The notes under the pieces: model-generated
What the model saw: the letters and a program-made list of their open reading frames with translations, nothing else
What the model was told of the DNA's origin: nothing
The model's database searches: none
Origin: Methanothrix sp.
Lineage (GTDB): Archaea; Halobacteriota; Methanosarcinia; Methanotrichales; Methanotrichaceae
DNA length: 64,000 bases
Assembly (NCBI GenBank): GCA_963682135.1
Contig: OY821645.1
Span: 2,784,001-2,848,000, forward strand
Reading direction: 5' to 3'
Program-made: the position numbers and the translations under genes
Shown: positions 38,439 to 50,529 of the stretch, one piece after another
Position numbering within the stretch: the stretch's first letter is position 1
Layout of the letters: each line of letters starts with the position of its first letter

Positions 38439-39830
38439 ATGTCTCTAAATACGATTCTAATTAACCCTTCCTGGGATACAAAATATCCTCAACCTCCACT
38501 GGGACTTGCAAGCTTAGCTGCGGTCTTAGAGACGAATGGTTATTCAGTTAAAGTTATAGATGCAAATGCATTGCGGCTCTCAGAACAGGGTGTTATAGAG
38601 CTTGTGGAGGACGCAGACGTTATTGGGATCACGGCAATGACCCCCATAATCAATTCAGCGATTAAGATTGCAAAGGGAATTAAGCAAGCCAACCCAAACA
38701 CGACAATAATCCTTGGCGGACCTCATGCAACTATATATTCAAAGGATATTTTAAAGAATATACCCGAGATAGATATAATCGTGAATGGGGAAGGCGAAGA
38801 TACAATTGTCGAGCTTTGTGAGGGACTGGAAGATAATAGCTTGGATGGAATTTATGGAATTACTTATCGAAAAGGAAATCAAGTTATAGAAAATCAATCC
38901 AGACCTCTAATAAACGACTTAGACACATTACCCTTTCTGGCATATCATCTTTTACCTATCAATAAATACAAATTGCATCCGCCGCATGGTAGAAAGTCCC
39001 CTTTGATGGCAATGCTTACAAGCAGAGGATGTCCCTATAATTGTATCTTCTGTTCTAAGTCTGTTTTTGGGAGCACATGGAGGGGCCAAAGTCCAAAAAG
39101 GATAGTAGATGAAATTGAGTTTCTCAGGGAAAAATTCAATATCAGGGAGATTGCCTTTTATGATGATTCATTTACGCTTAAAAGTAAAAAAATATTCCAA
39201 TTTACTGAAGAGCTAAAAAAACGGGATATTGATATTATTTGGACCTGTGAAACAAGAGTGAACTTAATTAATGAGGAAATGCTCAAGGCAATGAAAAATG
39301 CTGGTTGTTATATGATCGCATATGGGATCGAATCCGGGAACCAGTCGATTCTGTCTACCTTGAGAAAGAACATAACAACTGAACAAGTGCGATCTACAGT
39401 AGAGACGACACAAAAAGTTGGCATACGGACGGTTGGGTATTTCATGATAGGCTCGCCAGGAGAAACTACGGCAACTATACGTCAGACAATCAATTTTGCA
39501 AAGAGTCTTCCATTGGATTTTGCTCAGTTCTCTGTAACAATACCTTTTCCTGGCTCTGATCTTTATGATATATATTTTAGCAAATTCGATAAAGATCTCT
39601 GCTGGGATGATTTTATTTATGCACGTACTGACTCATTCGCACCACCCGTATTTGAAACTAGTAGGCTCTCTAAAAACGACCTAAGAAATTGGAATACAAC
39701 AGCATATAGCGAGTTTTATTTAAGGGCATCATATATATGGAATAGGTTCATTGGAATGAGGTCCGTAGGAGACCTCAAGACAAACATGACCGGCCTTCAA
39801 TTGTTCTTCGAAATGCGAGGCAGAAAGTAA
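38439..39830 (+). CDS. Cobalamin-binding radical SAM protein
   Basis: PPLGLASLAA, GGPHAT, GEGE, SRGCPYNCIFC, YGIESG. Confidence 0.9.
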   Translation: MSLNTILINPSWDTKYPQPPLGLASLAAVLETNGYSVKVIDANALRLSEQGVIELVEDADVIGITAMTPIINSAIKIAKGIKQANPNTTIILGGPHATIYSKDILKNIPEIDIIVNGEGEDTIVELCEGLEDNSLDGIYGITYRKGNQVIENQSRPLINDLDTLPFLAYHLLPINKYKLHPPHGRKSPLMAMLTSRGCPYNCIFCSKSVFGSTWRGQSPKRIVDEIEFLREKFNIREIAFYDDSFTLKSKKIFQFTEELKKRDIDIIWTCETRVNLINEEMLKAMKNAGCYMIAYGIESGNQSILSTLRKNITTEQVRSTVETTQKVGIRTVGYFMIGSPGETTATIRQTINFAKSLPLDFAQFSVTIPFPGSDLYDIYFSKFDKDLCWDDFIYARTDSFAPPVFETSRLSKNDLRNWNTTAYSEFYLRASYIWNRFIGMRSVGDLKTNMTGLQLFFEMRGRK

Positions 39831-41059
39831 TGAACGTGCTTTTTGTTCATGAAGTTGATTGGCTAAAGAAAGTAGTATTTGAAATACATGAGCTAGCCGA
39901 GTCGTTGTCCAAGCTAGGGCATAATGTTTATGCGATCGATTTTGAGGATTCCTGGAGGCGTAAAGGTAATTTGGATTTTGGATCCCTTAAGACTATTGAA
40001 TTTCGAGGAGTACATAGGGTTTATGATGATGCAGCGGTAACTCTAAGAAGACCTGGGTTTATTAAATTGCCAATTCTAGATCGTGTATCTGCTGCATTTA
40101 CTCATTATTACGAAATAGACAGAGTGGTAAGAGAAAAAAAGATTGATGTCATTGTTCTGTATTCAGCTCCTACGAACGGGCTACAGACAATAAAAATTGC
40201 AAAGAATCATAAAATTCCTGTAATTTTTAGGTCGGTGGATATCTTACACATGCTCGTACCTATAAAAGTTTTAAGGCCTTTAACATTTTATATCGAAAAG
40301 CTTGTTTATAGGAATGTAGATAAAATTTTAGCTATAACCCCAACGCTTGCGGAGTATGTTATTGATAATGGTGCCGACCTCGAGATTGTAGATCTACTTT
40401 TAATTGGAGTGAATATCGACAATTTTAGGCAGGATCTCGATGTTAGTGCTCTTAAAGAGCAATTAGGCATAACCGAACGAGACCGAGTTATTATCTTCAT
40501 CGGTACTTTTTTTGAGTTTTCAGGACTTGATCGATATATTGATCAATTTCCAGCCATTCTGCAGGCGGTCCCAGAGGCAAAATTGCTACTTGTCGGCGGA
40601 GGACACATTTTTGAAAAAATAAAAAATCAAGTCGATAAATTAGGGCTTAATGATAAAATTATATTGACAGATTTTCAACCATATAATTTGATGCCACTAT
40701 ATATAAATCTCGCAAGTATTTGCATAAATCCGTTTTTGATTAATAACACAACACGAGATATAATACCTGGAAAGATATATCAATACATTGCATGCGGCAA
40801 ACCTGTTATTGCCACACCATTAGACGGATTGAAATCTCTAATTCCAGATGAGAATTCGGGTGTAGTTTATTCCGATATAAAGGATTTTGGACAAAATACG
40901 ATCATTCTTTTAAAAAACAGCGGATACGCAAAATGTATCGGAAATAATGGCTATCACTATTGCTTAAAAAATAATGATCAATTGGTCGTGACTCATAAAT
41001 TGGAAACCTTCTTATTGGGTATAGTTAGAGATTTAGCAACGAGCATGCAGGACACTTAG
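39830..41059 (+). CDS. GT4 glycosyltransferase
   Basis: GT-B pattern; PGKIYQYIACGKPVIAT. Confidence 0.85.
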   Translation: MNVLFVHEVDWLKKVVFEIHELAESLSKLGHNVYAIDFEDSWRRKGNLDFGSLKTIEFRGVHRVYDDAAVTLRRPGFIKLPILDRVSAAFTHYYEIDRVVREKKIDVIVLYSAPTNGLQTIKIAKNHKIPVIFRSVDILHMLVPIKVLRPLTFYIEKLVYRNVDKILAITPTLAEYVIDNGADLEIVDLLLIGVNIDNFRQDLDVSALKEQLGITERDRVIIFIGTFFEFSGLDRYIDQFPAILQAVPEAKLLLVGGGHIFEKIKNQVDKLGLNDKIILTDFQPYNLMPLYINLASICINPFLINNTTRDIIPGKIYQYIACGKPVIATPLDGLKSLIPDENSGVVYSDIKDFGQNTIILLKNSGYAKCIGNNGYHYCLKNNDQLVVTHKLETFLLGIVRDLATSMQDT

Positions 41060-41220
41060 TCTCAATCAGGTTTGTCTTGTTATAGTTACAAATTATAGTG
41101 AAAACATGCAAAATTAGAACATTAGGCTAATGGGAAATAGCGGCCTTGTACATGCTCAATAGAGCTACCAATTTGCCAGAACGATGATTATAAATAGATA
41201 TTGTTTAAATAACATTCATT

Positions 41221-43547
41221 GTGGTAGAAATTATACAAAAAGATCTTATCGGCCTTGACGTTAATAAGATCAACTTCGATGATAAAGAATCAGTTAAGTC
41301 CCTCATCATCACACTGCTCAACGTAGTTGAACAATTACTTCAGGAGAATCGGCAACTTCGAGTAGAGGTTCAGCAATTGAGAGATGAGAACGCTCGATTT
41401 AAAGGAGAGAAAGGCAAGCCGAAAATTGCACCAAATGTCCCTCCACGCGAGCCACAACTCCCACCCGCGGAGAAGTCTAAAAAGTGGTCGAAAGACTCGA
41501 AGAAGCCCAAGATAAAGATTGATCGGATGGTATCATTAAAGATAAATCCTGAGACATTGCCACCAGATGCTGTTTTCAAAGGGTTTAGCTCCATTGTTAT
41601 CCAAAACATACGGCTGCAAACTGATAATGTTGAATATCGGCGAGAACATTATTATTCCCCGTCAATGAATATGAACTATTATGCAGAGCTCCCGAAGGAT
41701 ATTCAAAGCACACAATTTGGCAGCGATCTGAAAGCACTCGTTGCTGTCCTTTATTACGTTGGCAGAGTGACCGAAAACAAGATCCATAGTATCCTGACTA
41801 ATTTTGGTACCATTATCTCGGAAGGCGAGATTTCTAACATGCTCAAAGAGCTTTACGAGATACTAACCGAGGCTTTGGAGAACGATCCACCGCCAAAAGT
41901 CAGAAAGACTTTAAGGAAATTGGCGCAAGAGGCGCTTCGGCACGGGATCGGGAAAGAGTACTCGGTTCCTCGCTATTTCAAGTGGGTAGATTGAACTGCA
42001 ATTTTCCCCTTCTTAGATATATAATTAGTATTAGATTCTTCGTTGTTCTGAAGCCTCTTGCACAGCTCTTCGCCGATTGAACCATGCTATTTATCCCTTC
42101 CAAAACGCCGTTCGAGATTTTGGTTTCTGCGTAATTTACTATTCCATTCCAATGAGACTTAATGGTTTTAGCAGCATCAATAATCGGTTCTATTTGGCTA
42201 TGTGTTGCCCAATAATACCATTTCTTGAGGAAATCCTCAGCAAGGTTCTTATCATTAAAAGTCCAGAAGTTTTTCAGACTAAGCTTGAAATTATATGCTT
42301 TTGTTGTCATCAAATTCATGTCTTTAAGAGATCCAAGCTTTTCTTTTTGAGCTAATGAGAGGCCGGTTGGGTTTTTAAGCCATACATATCGAGCATTCTT
42401 TAGCTCTTCATTATGGTGTTGCTACTCGCGGCGTACTTGATCTATTGCCTCATTGACCATCTTTATGACGTGAAATTTATCAAAAGTTAGGGACGATCTG
42501 GCAAACTGTTCCGTTATCCCTGATATGAATGCAGGAGACATATCCGAACACAACATCTCAATATTTTCCGATGCGCCATTGTGATCCTCAAGGTCTTTCT
42601 TGAATGAACCGATAACACTCGCGTCCTTGCCCTCGCATACGTATAGAACTTTATTATTATCGAGATCAACGAATAGCGATACATATTTATGAAATTTAGC
42701 ACAGAATGTTTCATCTACGCCTACTATTTTTACTTGCGAATAATCATTCTTAGACCACGAATCAGGAATATAATATGACAAAACCCTCCAAATCCTTGTA
42801 TCATGTTAATCTATTATTTCAGCTACGGCACTAATTGGCATATTCTGGGCAAGAAGCAGTATTAGAGCATCCATTAGCAATGTGAAACCGGTGCTCCTCC
42901 TGGCCCAAGGAACATCAATCAATCTGATTGATCCGCATTTCTGGCAAATTGTGCGCGGCACTCTGGCATGGATATACGCCTTAAATTGGAAAAAATTGAG
43001 GTGCCGCCATACTCGTTCCTTTGTGTCATGAATGCAATTATTCGGGGATCTGCAATTTGAGCATTCAATTCGACTGCCCGGAATGAAATCGATATGAATA
43101 TCTATCTGTTTCTTAGCACCACTAAATTCTATAGATTTAATATACCACGGGTCTTGGAGAGTCAACGCAAGCTTGAAAGGTCTTCCTGAGATAGAGTCAC
43201 GCATAATAATTCAGGAAATGAGATTATTAAACCTTACCCCATACCCACTTAGAACAGCGAGGAACCGAGTACTCTATCGAGGAAGTCCGGAAATATATCG
43301 GGAAAATCAACAACGGGTTTGACTACTGGTTCACGTTTATCATTAATCCTGGTGTAGAGCCGACCAATAATCGAGCAGAGAGAGCTTTGCGGCCACATGT
43401 GGTTTTGAGAAAGATCTTGGGCACGCTTCGCAATGATAAAGGAACATCGATTCATGAGCGAATCATGACGACACTGGCAACCTGGGGACAGAGAGGATTG
43501 AATTGTCTCCAAATGCCAACCGAGAAGCTGGCCAGCTAAACACATAC
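41221..43547 (+). pseudogene. IS66-like transposase remnant interrupted by an ISL3 element
   Basis: N-terminal coiled coil 41221-41963; removing ISL3 restores ...GKEYSIEE...EPTNNRAERALRPHVVLRKI..., stop at 43539; end AGCTAAACACATAC. Confidence 0.8.
41964..43266 (-). mobile_element. ISL3-family insertion sequence (about 1.3 kb) with 8-bp target duplication; transposase has two nonsense codons
   Basis: IRs GGTTCCTCGCTATTTCAAGTGGGTA / GGTTCCTCGCTGTTCTAAGTGGGTA; TSD GAGTACTC at 41956-41963 and 43267-43274; motifs WRHLNF, VPWA, GVDET, SDMSPAF, FDKFHV, EGINS, ARGFR. Confidence 0.93.
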
Positions 43548-43754
43548 GATTCTTCTAATACCTGCAAGCGTCCTCTGCAAGAAAGGCCCATATCCCAATA
43601 CTAAGACCCAGAAAAAGACTTTAGGAGAGATCCTTCGTTCTCTTTTGATAAATCCAGTTCTCTTTGCAGCTTCTCGAAGCCATTTTACAGAAAACATGAT
43701 GCACAGACTTTTCACAAAAATATCTACATTATCGCATACTTTTTCCTTTGTCAT
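43548..43754 (-). pseudogene. IS4-family transposase N-terminal fragment
   Basis: WLREAAKRTGFIKRERRISPKVFFWVLVLG; truncated at the IS66 end. Confidence 0.7.
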
Positions 43755-43934
43755 GATAGCTAATTCCTCTCAGAAAATAAGATTATAGTAGTAATATAAA
43801 AAACTTATCCTGACAAATTTTCTTTCGAGAATAATATGCATCTAATTTTAAAAATAGGCCTTAACCGATGACCAATGAACTTACACATATATGCTATGAG
43901 GAAATGAAACTATGGACATCTATTTTAAACGCAA

Positions 43935-43982
43935 TACTACGCAGCTTGCCGCGCGTGGGGTGCACCGCAGCAGTTTCACTCT
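43935..43982 (-). repeat. Family B palindromic repeat, degenerate
   Basis: Reverse complement GTGAAACTGCTGCGGTGCACCCCACGCGCGGCAAGCTGCGTAG. Confidence 0.65.
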
Positions 43983-44003
43983 GAGTCATGTGAGGAATAG
44001 GTT

Positions 44004-45185
44004 ATGAAAATTCTGCAAGTTACTAATTTTTTTAAACCCTCGTGGGAATCGGGCGGCCCCGCAAGGATGGCTTATGAACTATCTATTAAATTTATTAAAA
44101 GGGGACATGAAGTAACCGTATATACTACAGATGGATATAAATCGAAATTAAATGTCGAGACGAATAAGCAAGTTAACGTTGATGGTATTAGAACATACTA
44201 TTTTCGTAGTCTTTCGGATATCATAACGCAAAAATTGAATCTTCCTATTTCGTATTATTCTCCGTTTGTTGCAATGAAAGAAATTAATGGTTATGATATT
44301 ATTTTTATTTATGATTTTCGTACAATATTATCACTAGTTGTCACCTATTATGCAAATAAATTTAACGTACCGTATGTTCTATTACCCTATGGTTCGCTTC
44401 CCAAAACAATGGGATTTAAAGGATTATGTAAAGCGATTTATGATATTCCGTTCGGTTACAATATGCTAAAAAAATGTCGCAAAATAATCGCCCAAAATAA
44501 TCATGAAAAGCTGGTATGTAGAAATTATGGAATAGACGAAGGAAAAATTGTTCTTATTCCATTAGGGGTAAATCTTTCAGATTTTAATGAATTGCCTGCT
44601 AAAGGTTATTTTAGGGCCAGCTATTCGATTTCCCCAGATGAAAAAATCATATTATTTCTCGGAAGAATTCATCCGAATAAAGGTATTGCTATATTAATAA
44701 ACGCTATTTCTCAAATCCTTAAGCAAGGCTGGAAACTTAGACTGATAATTGTAGGAAATGACGATGGATTTCTAGCTGATGCTATGAATTTAGTAGACGC
44801 CCTTGGGATTAGCGATAGAGTCTTATTCCCAGGCCCTATATATGATAAGACCAGAATACGAGCGTATATCGATGCAGACGTCTTTGTTTTAACGCCTTCT
44901 TTTTACGAAGAGACCTCATTAGCAGTCTTGGAAGCATGCGCTGCTGGTATACCTGTAATAATCACTGCGCAAAATGAAATTCCACAATTTAAATCATATA
45001 ATGCGGGAATTATGATTAATTATGATCAGCTTGAATTACAGGCCGCACTCATAAAGCTAATTACCGACGATGTTTTGCGGACAACTATGGGCAAAAATGC
45101 TCGAAAAATGATCCAAGAACTGTTTAATTTGGATTCCGTTGCAGATGAAATGGAAAATATACTTACAATTAGAGATGATGAATAA
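44004..45185 (+). CDS. GT4 glycosyltransferase
   Basis: GGPAR, FLGRIHPNKG, DVFVL..YEETSLAVLEACAAGIPVI. Confidence 0.9.
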   Translation: MKILQVTNFFKPSWESGGPARMAYELSIKFIKRGHEVTVYTTDGYKSKLNVETNKQVNVDGIRTYYFRSLSDIITQKLNLPISYYSPFVAMKEINGYDIIFIYDFRTILSLVVTYYANKFNVPYVLLPYGSLPKTMGFKGLCKAIYDIPFGYNMLKKCRKIIAQNNHEKLVCRNYGIDEGKIVLIPLGVNLSDFNELPAKGYFRASYSISPDEKIILFLGRIHPNKGIAILINAISQILKQGWKLRLIIVGNDDGFLADAMNLVDALGISDRVLFPGPIYDKTRIRAYIDADVFVLTPSFYEETSLAVLEACAAGIPVIITAQNEIPQFKSYNAGIMINYDQLELQAALIKLITDDVLRTTMGKNARKMIQELFNLDSVADEMENILTIRDDE

Positions 45186-45211
45186 ACATTTAGAGGATAT
45201 AGGGAAATGAA

Positions 45212-46207
45212 ATGATAGAATTAAAACAATTCTTTAAGAACAAAAATGTTCTCATAACTGGTGGCTTAGGATTCATTGGCTCAAACTTGGCTCATAGTCT
45301 AGTTGATCTTGGAGCCAACATACTTCTTGTAGATAGTCTTATTCCAGAATATGGTGGAAATACTTATAATGTTGAACATATCAATGATGCCGTCAGAATT
45401 AATGTTTCGGATATCCGCGATGAATATAGTATGCGTTATCTTATTCAAGGCCAAGATTATTTATTTAACCTTGCAGGGCAAACTAGCCATATAGATTCGA
45501 TGCAAAACCCCTATGCAGATCTAGAAATTAATTGCCATGCACAGCTTTCGCTACTTGAATCATGTAGGAAATATAACTCTAATATTAAAATCGTATTTGC
45601 GAGTACCAGACAGATTTATGGAAAGCCTAATTATCTTCCGGTTGATGAAAGACATATCCTTCAGCCAACTGATGTAAATGGAATAAATAAAATGGCAGGG
45701 GAATGGTACCATGTACTTTATAATAATGTTTACGGAATTAAAGCTTGCGTTCTAAGGCTTACAAACACCTACGGGCCACGCATGAGAATAATGGATGCTC
45801 GGCAGACATTTCTGGGTATTTGGATTCGCTTATTAGTTGAGAATAAACCATTTGATGTTTATGGTGATGGTACTCAAATTCGTGATTTTAATTATGTAGA
45901 TGATGTTGTTAATGCATTATTATTGGCTGCGTCTTGCAACACCGCAAATGGTGACGTATTCAACTTAGGATCTAGTGAAAAAATATCACTCAAAGAACTT
46001 GCACAAATGCTAATTAAAATCAACGGTCAGGGCATCTATCGAGTTATTCCATTTCCTCTGGATCGCAAGGTCATAGATATTGGCAATTATTATGCAGATT
46101 ACAGCAAGATTACCTCGATAATGGGCTGGGCACCAAAGATATCCTTATCTCAAGGGCTTGCAAATACTCTACATTATTATCAAAAATATTACAAGTATTA
46201 TGTTTGA
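45212..46207 (+). CDS. NAD-dependent epimerase/dehydratase
   Basis: TGGLGFIGSNL, ASTRQIYG, NGINK, RLTNTYGPR, GDGTQIRDF. Confidence 0.9.
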   Translation: MIELKQFFKNKNVLITGGLGFIGSNLAHSLVDLGANILLVDSLIPEYGGNTYNVEHINDAVRINVSDIRDEYSMRYLIQGQDYLFNLAGQTSHIDSMQNPYADLEINCHAQLSLLESCRKYNSNIKIVFASTRQIYGKPNYLPVDERHILQPTDVNGINKMAGEWYHVLYNNVYGIKACVLRLTNTYGPRMRIMDARQTFLGIWIRLLVENKPFDVYGDGTQIRDFNYVDDVVNALLLAASCNTANGDVFNLGSSEKISLKELAQMLIKINGQGIYRVIPFPLDRKVIDIGNYYADYSKITSIMGWAPKISLSQGLANTLHYYQKYYKYYV

Positions 46208-46364
46208 TATATTATTATAATATGTAGTTAGCATAATATTTATATAATGAGCACAAAATGCGAATTTTGCTCTAAGACTATTTCATTGCCACATCATTTT
46301 GGAAGCCATATACTAATACTAAATCATTGATCCACAATATCGTGTTCTTTGGAGGAATGATTTT

Positions 46365-47459
46365 ATGATACCAATGATAGATTTGCGAAAGCAATACGAT
46401 TCTATTAAAGAAGATATTGATAAAGCTATTAACAGTGTCATTGAAAACGGCCAGTTTATACTGGGTGAAAATGTAAGCCTATTTGAAACCGAATTTGCTA
46501 ATTATTGTAATGTAAATTACGGGGTAGGAGTGTCATCAGGTACTGATGCGATCCATTTAGCTTTGCTTGCATGCGACGTAAAAAAAGGCGATGAAGTAAT
46601 AACCGTTTCTAACACTGCAACACCTACGGTTTTGGCAATATCCTATACAGGAGCTAAACCTGTATTTATTGATATAGACCCACTTACACACAATATGGAT
46701 ATATCCCTGGTGGAGAAAGCCATAACAGAAAGGACTAAAGCCATCATCCCAATTCATTTATTTGGGCAGCCCGTAAATATGGGCCCTATAATGGACCTAA
46801 AAAACAAATATAATTTAAAAATTATTGAAGATGCGTGCCAAGCTCATGGTGCTGAGTATCATGGTAAAAAAGTAGGTAGTATCGGAGACGCGGGATGTTT
46901 TAGTTTTTATCCTACAAAAAATTTGGGCGCGTATGGAGATGGGGGAATGGTTGTCACAAACGACGAAGAATTTACTGAATCGATCAGACTAATGAGGAAT
47001 TATGGCCAGCAAAAAATGTATAATAGTCTAATCAAAGGTTATAATAATCGACTTGACGAGATTCAAGCAGCAATACTTCGAGTAAAGTTGAAAAAATTAG
47101 ATCGTTGGAACGAACAGAGAAGAAGTAATGCAAAGATATATAACAATATTTTACGAGATTCCAATGTGATTACGCCTGTTGAAAAAGTCTGTTCGAAACA
47201 TGTATACCATTTATATGTCATTAGGGTCAAAGATAGGGACAAATTACAAAATATGCTAAATGCCAATGAGATATTTACGAATATTCACTATCCAATTCCC
47301 GTCCATTTACAAAAAGCATTCAGTGATCTTATGATCGGGCAGGGATCTCTTCCTATTACTGAAGAATATGCTAAACAGGTGTTGTCTCTTCCTATGTTCC
47401 CAGAATTAAACCATGAAGAAATAGAGAAAATTTCGTATTTAATATCTAATTTTCGATAG
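46365..47459 (+). CDS. DegT/DnrJ/EryC1/StrS family sugar aminotransferase
   Basis: [46 protein letters not shown]. Confidence 0.93.
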   Translation: MIPMIDLRKQYDSIKEDIDKAINSVIENGQFILGENVSLFETEFANYCNVNYGVGVSSGTDAIHLALLACDVKKGDEVITVSNTATPTVLAISYTGAKPVFIDIDPLTHNMDISLVEKAITERTKAIIPIHLFGQPVNMGPIMDLKNKYNLKIIEDACQAHGAEYHGKKVGSIGDAGCFSFYPTKNLGAYGDGGMVVTNDEEFTESIRLMRNYGQQKMYNSLIKGYNNRLDEIQAAILRVKLKKLDRWNEQRRSNAKIYNNILRDSNVITPVEKVCSKHVYHLYVIRVKDRDKLQNMLNANEIFTNIHYPIPVHLQKAFSDLMIGQGSLPITEEYAKQVLSLPMFPELNHEEIEKISYLISNFR

Positions 47460-47476
47460 TTTGCATTTGGTGTGCA

Positions 47477-48667
47477 ATGAAAATAGTTCACGTTATGAAT
47501 TGGTACATCCCAGGAATGGGATATCAAGAAAATTCTTTACCATTTGAGCAAAAGATGCATGGGTACGATGTAGAGATTATAACTTCGGATAGGTTTCCCG
47601 CATTGGAAGGTTATGATAGACATATCGGACGAATCAGAGGAAATAGAATAATTGGTCCTGGGATCTACGAAGACAATGGCATGACCATTCATAGGTTACC
47701 AGCAATTCTTGAAATCAAGGATGGGGGTCAAATATTATTAAAAGGACTAAAGAATAAATTAAAAAGCTTAAAACCAGATATAGTGCAGGCACATGGAGCT
47801 TTTTGTCCTCTGACTTTACAATCTGTGTTTTATAGTAGGGAATTAGGTTATAAGATTTTTGTAGATGATCATACAAACAAAGACAATTTTCGATTAGATT
47901 CTTTAATTAAAAAAATATACATTTATATGGTAATCAAGTTCTACTCAAAATATAGTGAACGTGTTAGTTATTGGATGCCCGTTACTTTCGGCTCAATCGA
48001 AGTATTAGATGCCTTTTTAAGGATTGAAAGATCAAAGATCAAATTAACGCCGTTGGGCGTTGACTCAACACGTTTCTATGAATCTAATGATTTAAGATGT
48101 CTAGGAAGGACAGAATTGGGCATAGAAAATGAAATATTAATTGTTTCCGCGGGTAAATTTAACGAACATAAGGATATAGATGTTCTAATTAAAGCTTTTA
48201 ATGAAGTCGCCGAAAAACATCCCACGGTTAAACTTCTTCTTATAGGCGATGGGCCAATGGATTACATGAGAAAACTTAAAAGCGTAATAGACTTATATTT
48301 ATTAAATGATAAAATTCTATTTAAAGATTTTGTTGAGAATTCAGAATTGCCTAAATATTACAATGCTGCAGATATTGGAGTGTGGCCGGGAGATGCTTCA
48401 ATTACTGTAATAGAAGCACTTGCAACCGGATTGCCTATATTGTTACCACAACAGGATTCCAATTATGGAATTATTTTTAACTGCAGTGCAGCACAAGGAT
48501 TCAAAAGAGGAGATTTTAGTTCTCTCGCGCTCATGATTATGGAACTAATTGAAAATGAGAATTTCAGAAAATATATCAGCAGTAATGGCAAAGAACTTAT
48601 ATCGAAAAAGCTTTCGTGGGAAAAAATCGCTGAGCATACTATCTCGTTGTATTTTAATAATTTTTAA
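47477..48667 (+). CDS. GT4 glycosyltransferase
   Basis: AGKFNEHK, YNAADIGVWP, IEALATGLP, SWEKIA. Confidence 0.88.
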   Translation: MKIVHVMNWYIPGMGYQENSLPFEQKMHGYDVEIITSDRFPALEGYDRHIGRIRGNRIIGPGIYEDNGMTIHRLPAILEIKDGGQILLKGLKNKLKSLKPDIVQAHGAFCPLTLQSVFYSRELGYKIFVDDHTNKDNFRLDSLIKKIYIYMVIKFYSKYSERVSYWMPVTFGSIEVLDAFLRIERSKIKLTPLGVDSTRFYESNDLRCLGRTELGIENEILIVSAGKFNEHKDIDVLIKAFNEVAEKHPTVKLLLIGDGPMDYMRKLKSVIDLYLLNDKILFKDFVENSELPKYYNAADIGVWPGDASITVIEALATGLPILLPQQDSNYGIIFNCSAAQGFKRGDFSSLALMIMELIENENFRKYISSNGKELISKKLSWEKIAEHTISLYFNNF

Positions 48668-48782
48668 TAAGATATCTAATCTTGGAGCGGGAGCGTTAAT
48701 ATAATGCTCAAATGGTCTGCTTAATTAAACTAAATTGTATATTTAATATTCCATCTATTAAACTAGATACCATCGGAAATAT

Positions 48783-50420
48783 TTGCAGTTGCTAGCTCTA
48801 ATCCAAAATGTGGGATATATGAACTCATACATTATATATATATTTGTAGTTTGTTTGCTTCTATCCTCAGTATTACTGCTAATTAGGGATTTCGAATATA
48901 AGTATTATGTTTTATCCTTATTGGTATATATATCGTTTTTAATCATATATCCGCAATTACTTTCTCCGTATATAATTGGTGTAGATTCTCATTTTGAACG
49001 AGCAATGGTTGAATTAACTTTAACTAAAGGCCAATGGTATAGTGATCTTCCTGAAAATTTAGTCAATGCAGCGTTGTCGATCTGCATATTTGCCCCTATT
49101 ATTTCGCTTGTAAGCGGGCTTTCCGTTGACATAGTATTAAAGTTTATCTTATCGATTTATCCAATAATTTCAATTGCAATTATATGGTTATTCAACAAAA
49201 AAATATTCAGTTTTACAAATAAAGAGGCATTCATTTCGCTTCTATTTCTCATAGGCTCTAGCCAATATATGCAATTATCTATTTATGGTCGTCAAGAGGT
49301 TGCGTTTTTTCCTGCATTATTATTTATCTATTTAATATCTATAAAGAATCATTTTGCGCGATTCAAAATAGTATGCTTATTATTGCTGATTGGCTTAGTA
49401 ATCTCTCATTATGCCTCTTCTTTATTTTTGATTACTATTTTTATTACTAGCAGCCTGATAACGAGTTTGGTAGCGAAATCACATGGGCGATATAATGCCT
49501 GTTTAGAATTTGCTCTTATTAGCTTAGTTCTGGTGATCTTTTGGCTTCTATTCGTAGTCAATGTGACTAAAGTGAGTATTATAGTTTCTGCCCATAATGC
49601 CTTACTTGGTGTGATAGAATTTAATACCGGAAATATATCACCAGGAGCAGCGGATTCACTGAATCCTTCGTTCGTAGATATATTCTTTAAAATAAATTAC
49701 GTTATTAATATTATGACTTCTATATTAATATCATTGGGTATATTATTTACTATATATAGAACTGTATTAAATGAAAAAGTTGAATCGTATGTAATAACAA
49801 AATATCTATTTTTTTCAGCTTTATTAGTTTTTTTTGTTTTCAGCACTTTTTTACCTACCGTCTCTCTTTTTTATTGGCCTGAGCGCTCCTATATTTTATT
49901 ATTATTATTTTGCAATGGATTTTTAATTATTGGATTTCGAAATATCGTAGGAATTGTGTGGTCACACTCTGCAACAATTGATAGAAATCACAGCTTATAT
50001 GTTGGCAATATTATTATTATGTTAATTTCTATAATAGTTTTATCACATTTAGTTCTTCAGATTGGACTGCCTACTCAGCTCGTATACGGGCATGTGGATA
50101 GTAAATATTTTACAGATATTAAAAATAACCATTATACATTAGCCGAAGAGGTGGATGCAGTCGATTGGCTAAATGACTATAAAGCTGAAAACAGTACAGT
50201 ATTTACGAGTTTATATGGCAGAGGCATCTTGCCTTTAACAAGCTATGGAATGCTCAAATCCAGCAATATTATTACATTTAATTCGATTGAGAATATACCA
50301 AGATCTTCACAAAGAAATCACATATATATGCAGAAAGAAGGATTTATTAGATATGGAACAGATATTGTTAAAGAGTCAAATATATATAATTCGTATACAG
50401 CAAAAATATTCCTCGCCTAA
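48783..50420 (+). CDS. Multi-pass membrane protein (DUF2206-like; possible GT-C/polymerase)
   Basis: Many TM helices; IGVDSHFE, RQEVA, SHY; very AT-rich; true start uncertain. Confidence 0.7.
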   Translation: MQLLALIQNVGYMNSYIIYIFVVCLLLSSVLLLIRDFEYKYYVLSLLVYISFLIIYPQLLSPYIIGVDSHFERAMVELTLTKGQWYSDLPENLVNAALSICIFAPIISLVSGLSVDIVLKFILSIYPIISIAIIWLFNKKIFSFTNKEAFISLLFLIGSSQYMQLSIYGRQEVAFFPALLFIYLISIKNHFARFKIVCLLLLIGLVISHYASSLFLITIFITSSLITSLVAKSHGRYNACLEFALISLVLVIFWLLFVVNVTKVSIIVSAHNALLGVIEFNTGNISPGAADSLNPSFVDIFFKINYVINIMTSILISLGILFTIYRTVLNEKVESYVITKYLFFSALLVFFVFSTFLPTVSLFYWPERSYILLLLFCNGFLIIGFRNIVGIVWSHSATIDRNHSLYVGNIIIMLISIIVLSHLVLQIGLPTQLVYGHVDSKYFTDIKNNHYTLAEEVDAVDWLNDYKAENSTVFTSLYGRGILPLTSYGMLKSSNIITFNSIENIPRSSQRNHIYMQKEGFIRYGTDIVKESNIYNSYTAKIFLA

Positions 50421-50529
50421 TTTTTAGTTCCGAGAATGAGCATAACAATAAACAATATCTTCGATCATAGTTGATTGATTCGCCCTAGAAACCTTCAAAT
50501 TTCGTCCTCTCTTTTTATACCTAATCTAA

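Noticed and set aside
42422-42424. Pyrrolysine read-through of the in-frame TAG in the ISL3 transposase
   Set aside because: A second in-frame stop is TAA (42806) and no pyl genes are visible; simple nonsense decay is more likely.
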